This document shows, one piece after another, positions 61,831 to 64,000 of a DNA stretch of 64,000 nucleotides (the first letter of the stretch is position 1; each line of letters opens with the position of its first letter). Under the pieces are notes generated by a model. It searched no databases, was not told the DNA's origin, and was given only the letters and a program-made list of their open reading frames with translations. Source of the DNA: Vicugna vicugna (taxonomy: Eukaryota); the NCBI GenBank assembly GCA_013265495.1, contig MU058781.1:6104522-6168521 (forward strand). The letters are read 5' to 3'. A program made the translations under genes and the position numbers.

Positions 61831-64000
61831 TACCATGTTTAATCATTCTTGTCTTACTTGTGTAATATTCGCCAAGAGTTGTGTAAGTCTCAAATTCATA
61901 AAAATCAGTTTATACCAGATCTAAAAATTTCCCTTATTTCTGATGTGCTGGAGAAAATAAAAGTACTATTGTACTGTATGTCTCTTATTTCTGATGATCT
62001 CAGAAGTCTGCAAATTTTCGAGGCAAAATATGCAACAGTTACGGATGAACGTAGAACATTTATTTTGGCTAACTTTTCTTAGTAAGCGCCACAAAAATAA
62101 TCACTGTATACTTCTAAAGCAACTATACCAGTCCTGTACTGTGGACAAATTTCAGCAAGGATCATCCAAGCTTCAAGGTATCTTGAAGGTATCCCTCTTT
62201 CCATCTACCCATCCATCTACCCTCCTATTCACTCACCAATGAATGTCAATTAAGCTTAAACTGTCATAGAATGGTGTCAAGGCAAAGTCTTGTGTATTTC
62301 AGTATTGCATATAGAATTTCCAGCATTAGAAGCAGGAGCAAAGGAGAAGACAACACAGATGTATAATTTCTCCTTAACACACTTATTACTGACATCTTTA
62401 TCTAACCATAAGCACTTTTGTCAAGAGTTTATGATAAATATGCTGTATTTGGGGGAACTCTATCTTTAGAAGGAAGCAAAATAATTTTTTCACATGGCTT
62501 TGGGAAAGTAAACATGTGTAAATAGGTAAAAAATCCTCAGATTTTAGTAGAACTAGGACCTCAAGGCTTAATGAACAACTGGAGAGAGAGGCTCTCGTGG
62601 TTCTAAGTGAAACAGTAAGTTCCCCAATGTTCACTTGGCAAATTGCAATCATTACCGGTGCCAAGAGTGCTAATAGCACTAATAAATCCAATCCCCCAAA
62701 CCAAACTTAATTGACCTGGAATAATTGCAAAGAATACCACTCATAGTAAAAGGGAAAACGCTTACCAGGAACAATTTCTAGTGCTGCATTCTCTCGGAAG
62801 CAACGTGTCAAGAATCACTTTCTTTTAAGAAAACCCCACAAGAATCAAGGTTATCACCAGAGTCTGCGGCGTTCTGCGCTCTCCAAAAAAGTCTGATCTC
62901 TTTTGAATCAAAAAAGAAAAATCACTGGGCCTAGACGTGTCATTCCCTGCACAGTTACAGAGCTCCATCTGCTGAACAAGGCAGAGACAGCACACCCCAA
63001 AGCCGGGAAATCTCAACAGTGATAAAAGGATTGGGGCAAACCTGTGATGCCGAGGAAACAGTCACATGCTCAGTCTTGCAGGAGCTCCTGTTTGGAAGCC
63101 CTGGGTGTGCCAGCCTTCAGCCGAGCTCAGCTACCTTCATTTAACATCAACAATCAAAGGCTGTATTGTTCCTTGCATCATTTATTCCTATGGGGCTAGG
63201 TAGGAAGTTGGAGGAATTTAGGGCAATTCCCCAGGCTCACCTCCCTTGCTTCTGCTGTATGTGGGGACCTTTGGCTCCCAGTCCTATACAGAAGCAAGAC
63301 AGACAGAGCCAACTGTGAATAACTGATGATAACATCACAGAAGAGCTTGCTTTCTCTCTCTACTCCAAAATCACTGCCACATTTTCCAGGTGTTTCCCTT
63401 GAGAATGGACCGTCCGCACCTTGCAGTGTCTGCTGCCCACCTGCTCTTCCAGAAGCAGCAGCCCACGTGCTCAGAGGCAATATCTGAAGTCACTTTCTTC
63501 TTTAGGGGTACTTTTCTTTTTTTTTTTTTTAAAATAGCACATGTCTTGTCTTGCAATCTGAAGAGACTGGCAAGTAGGACTTCTTCCATGGAGGCCCTTA
63601 GGGAGACATTCTGTCAAACAACAGCCCTGAAGCTTTCTGATGTTTCTCCTATTGTCTGAAAGAGCCTAATTCCTCACTAGCCATTGTTTTCTAGGATTCC
63701 CTTAGGCTTTCTAGTGAGCTTAAAAAAAAAGTAAATATGGTCTTTAATGTTTTACCTGTGGATTTTGCTCCCTTGCTTTGAATTCTGTTTTGCTGGTTAC
63801 TTACTTTTATTCTAGAACCATCTAATGGAATCATCAGCTCAATAGTTGGATGCTTCATGTCCTCTACTGCCACCAGAAACAGCTCTCTGCCTGGAGGCAT
63901 CACCCACAAGGGCACAGACTCAAGGCCAGGGACCCCAGGAAGCTCTGAGAGACCACGCAAATCAAGCCAGCCTTTCCAAGTGCTGAAATGAACCTGCAGG

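Noticed and set aside
61933..61996. 13-bp direct repeat CTTATTTCTGATG as a TSD or C/D snoRNA boxes
   Set aside because: No tail or element lies between the copies, and there is no box C/box D pair with a terminal stem.
1..64000. Protein-coding genes among the six-frame ORFs
   Set aside because: Apart from L1 ORF1/ORF2 remnants, none resembles a protein family I recognise. Most are 60-150 aa, many start at GTG/TTG or overlap repeats, and I could not build a consistent exon chain. A small exon of a large host gene cannot be excluded without a search.
1..64000. CRISPR array, operon, phage or other prokaryotic-type novel system
   Set aside because: There is no repeat-spacer periodicity or gene-dense region, and the repeat content is unambiguously eutherian.

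Overview
This is mammalian genomic DNA, most likely camelid. The evidence is two tRNA-Ala(AGC)-derived vic-1-type SINEs and cetartiodactyl-type L1 3' ends, with no Alu, B1/B2, Bov-A/BovB, PRE1 or Can-SINE seen. I found no protein-coding exon, functional RNA gene, CRISPR array or prokaryotic-type system. The window looks intronic or intergenic. It is a mosaic of L1 fragments (mostly 2.7-38 kb), L2 and MIR (L2 densest at 45-62 kb), MaLR/ERVL LTRs, hAT MER elements and microsatellites. Repeat-free stretches between them carry transcription-factor motif clusters. ORF-track entries that resemble known proteins are L1 ORF1/ORF2 remnants. The best-supported oddities are retrotransposition structures: a head-to-head inverted pair of L1 5' ends, two twin-primed (5'-inverted) L1s of very different age, and a poly(A)-only insertion with a target-site duplication (TSD). 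There are also several candidate cis-regulatory modules and one probable assembly artefact. I cannot support a claim of a new biological system. Repeat subfamily names come from recalled consensus sequences, not a RepeatMasker run, and boundaries are approximate (about +/-20-30 bp) unless TSDs or terminal inverted repeats (TIRs) are quoted.
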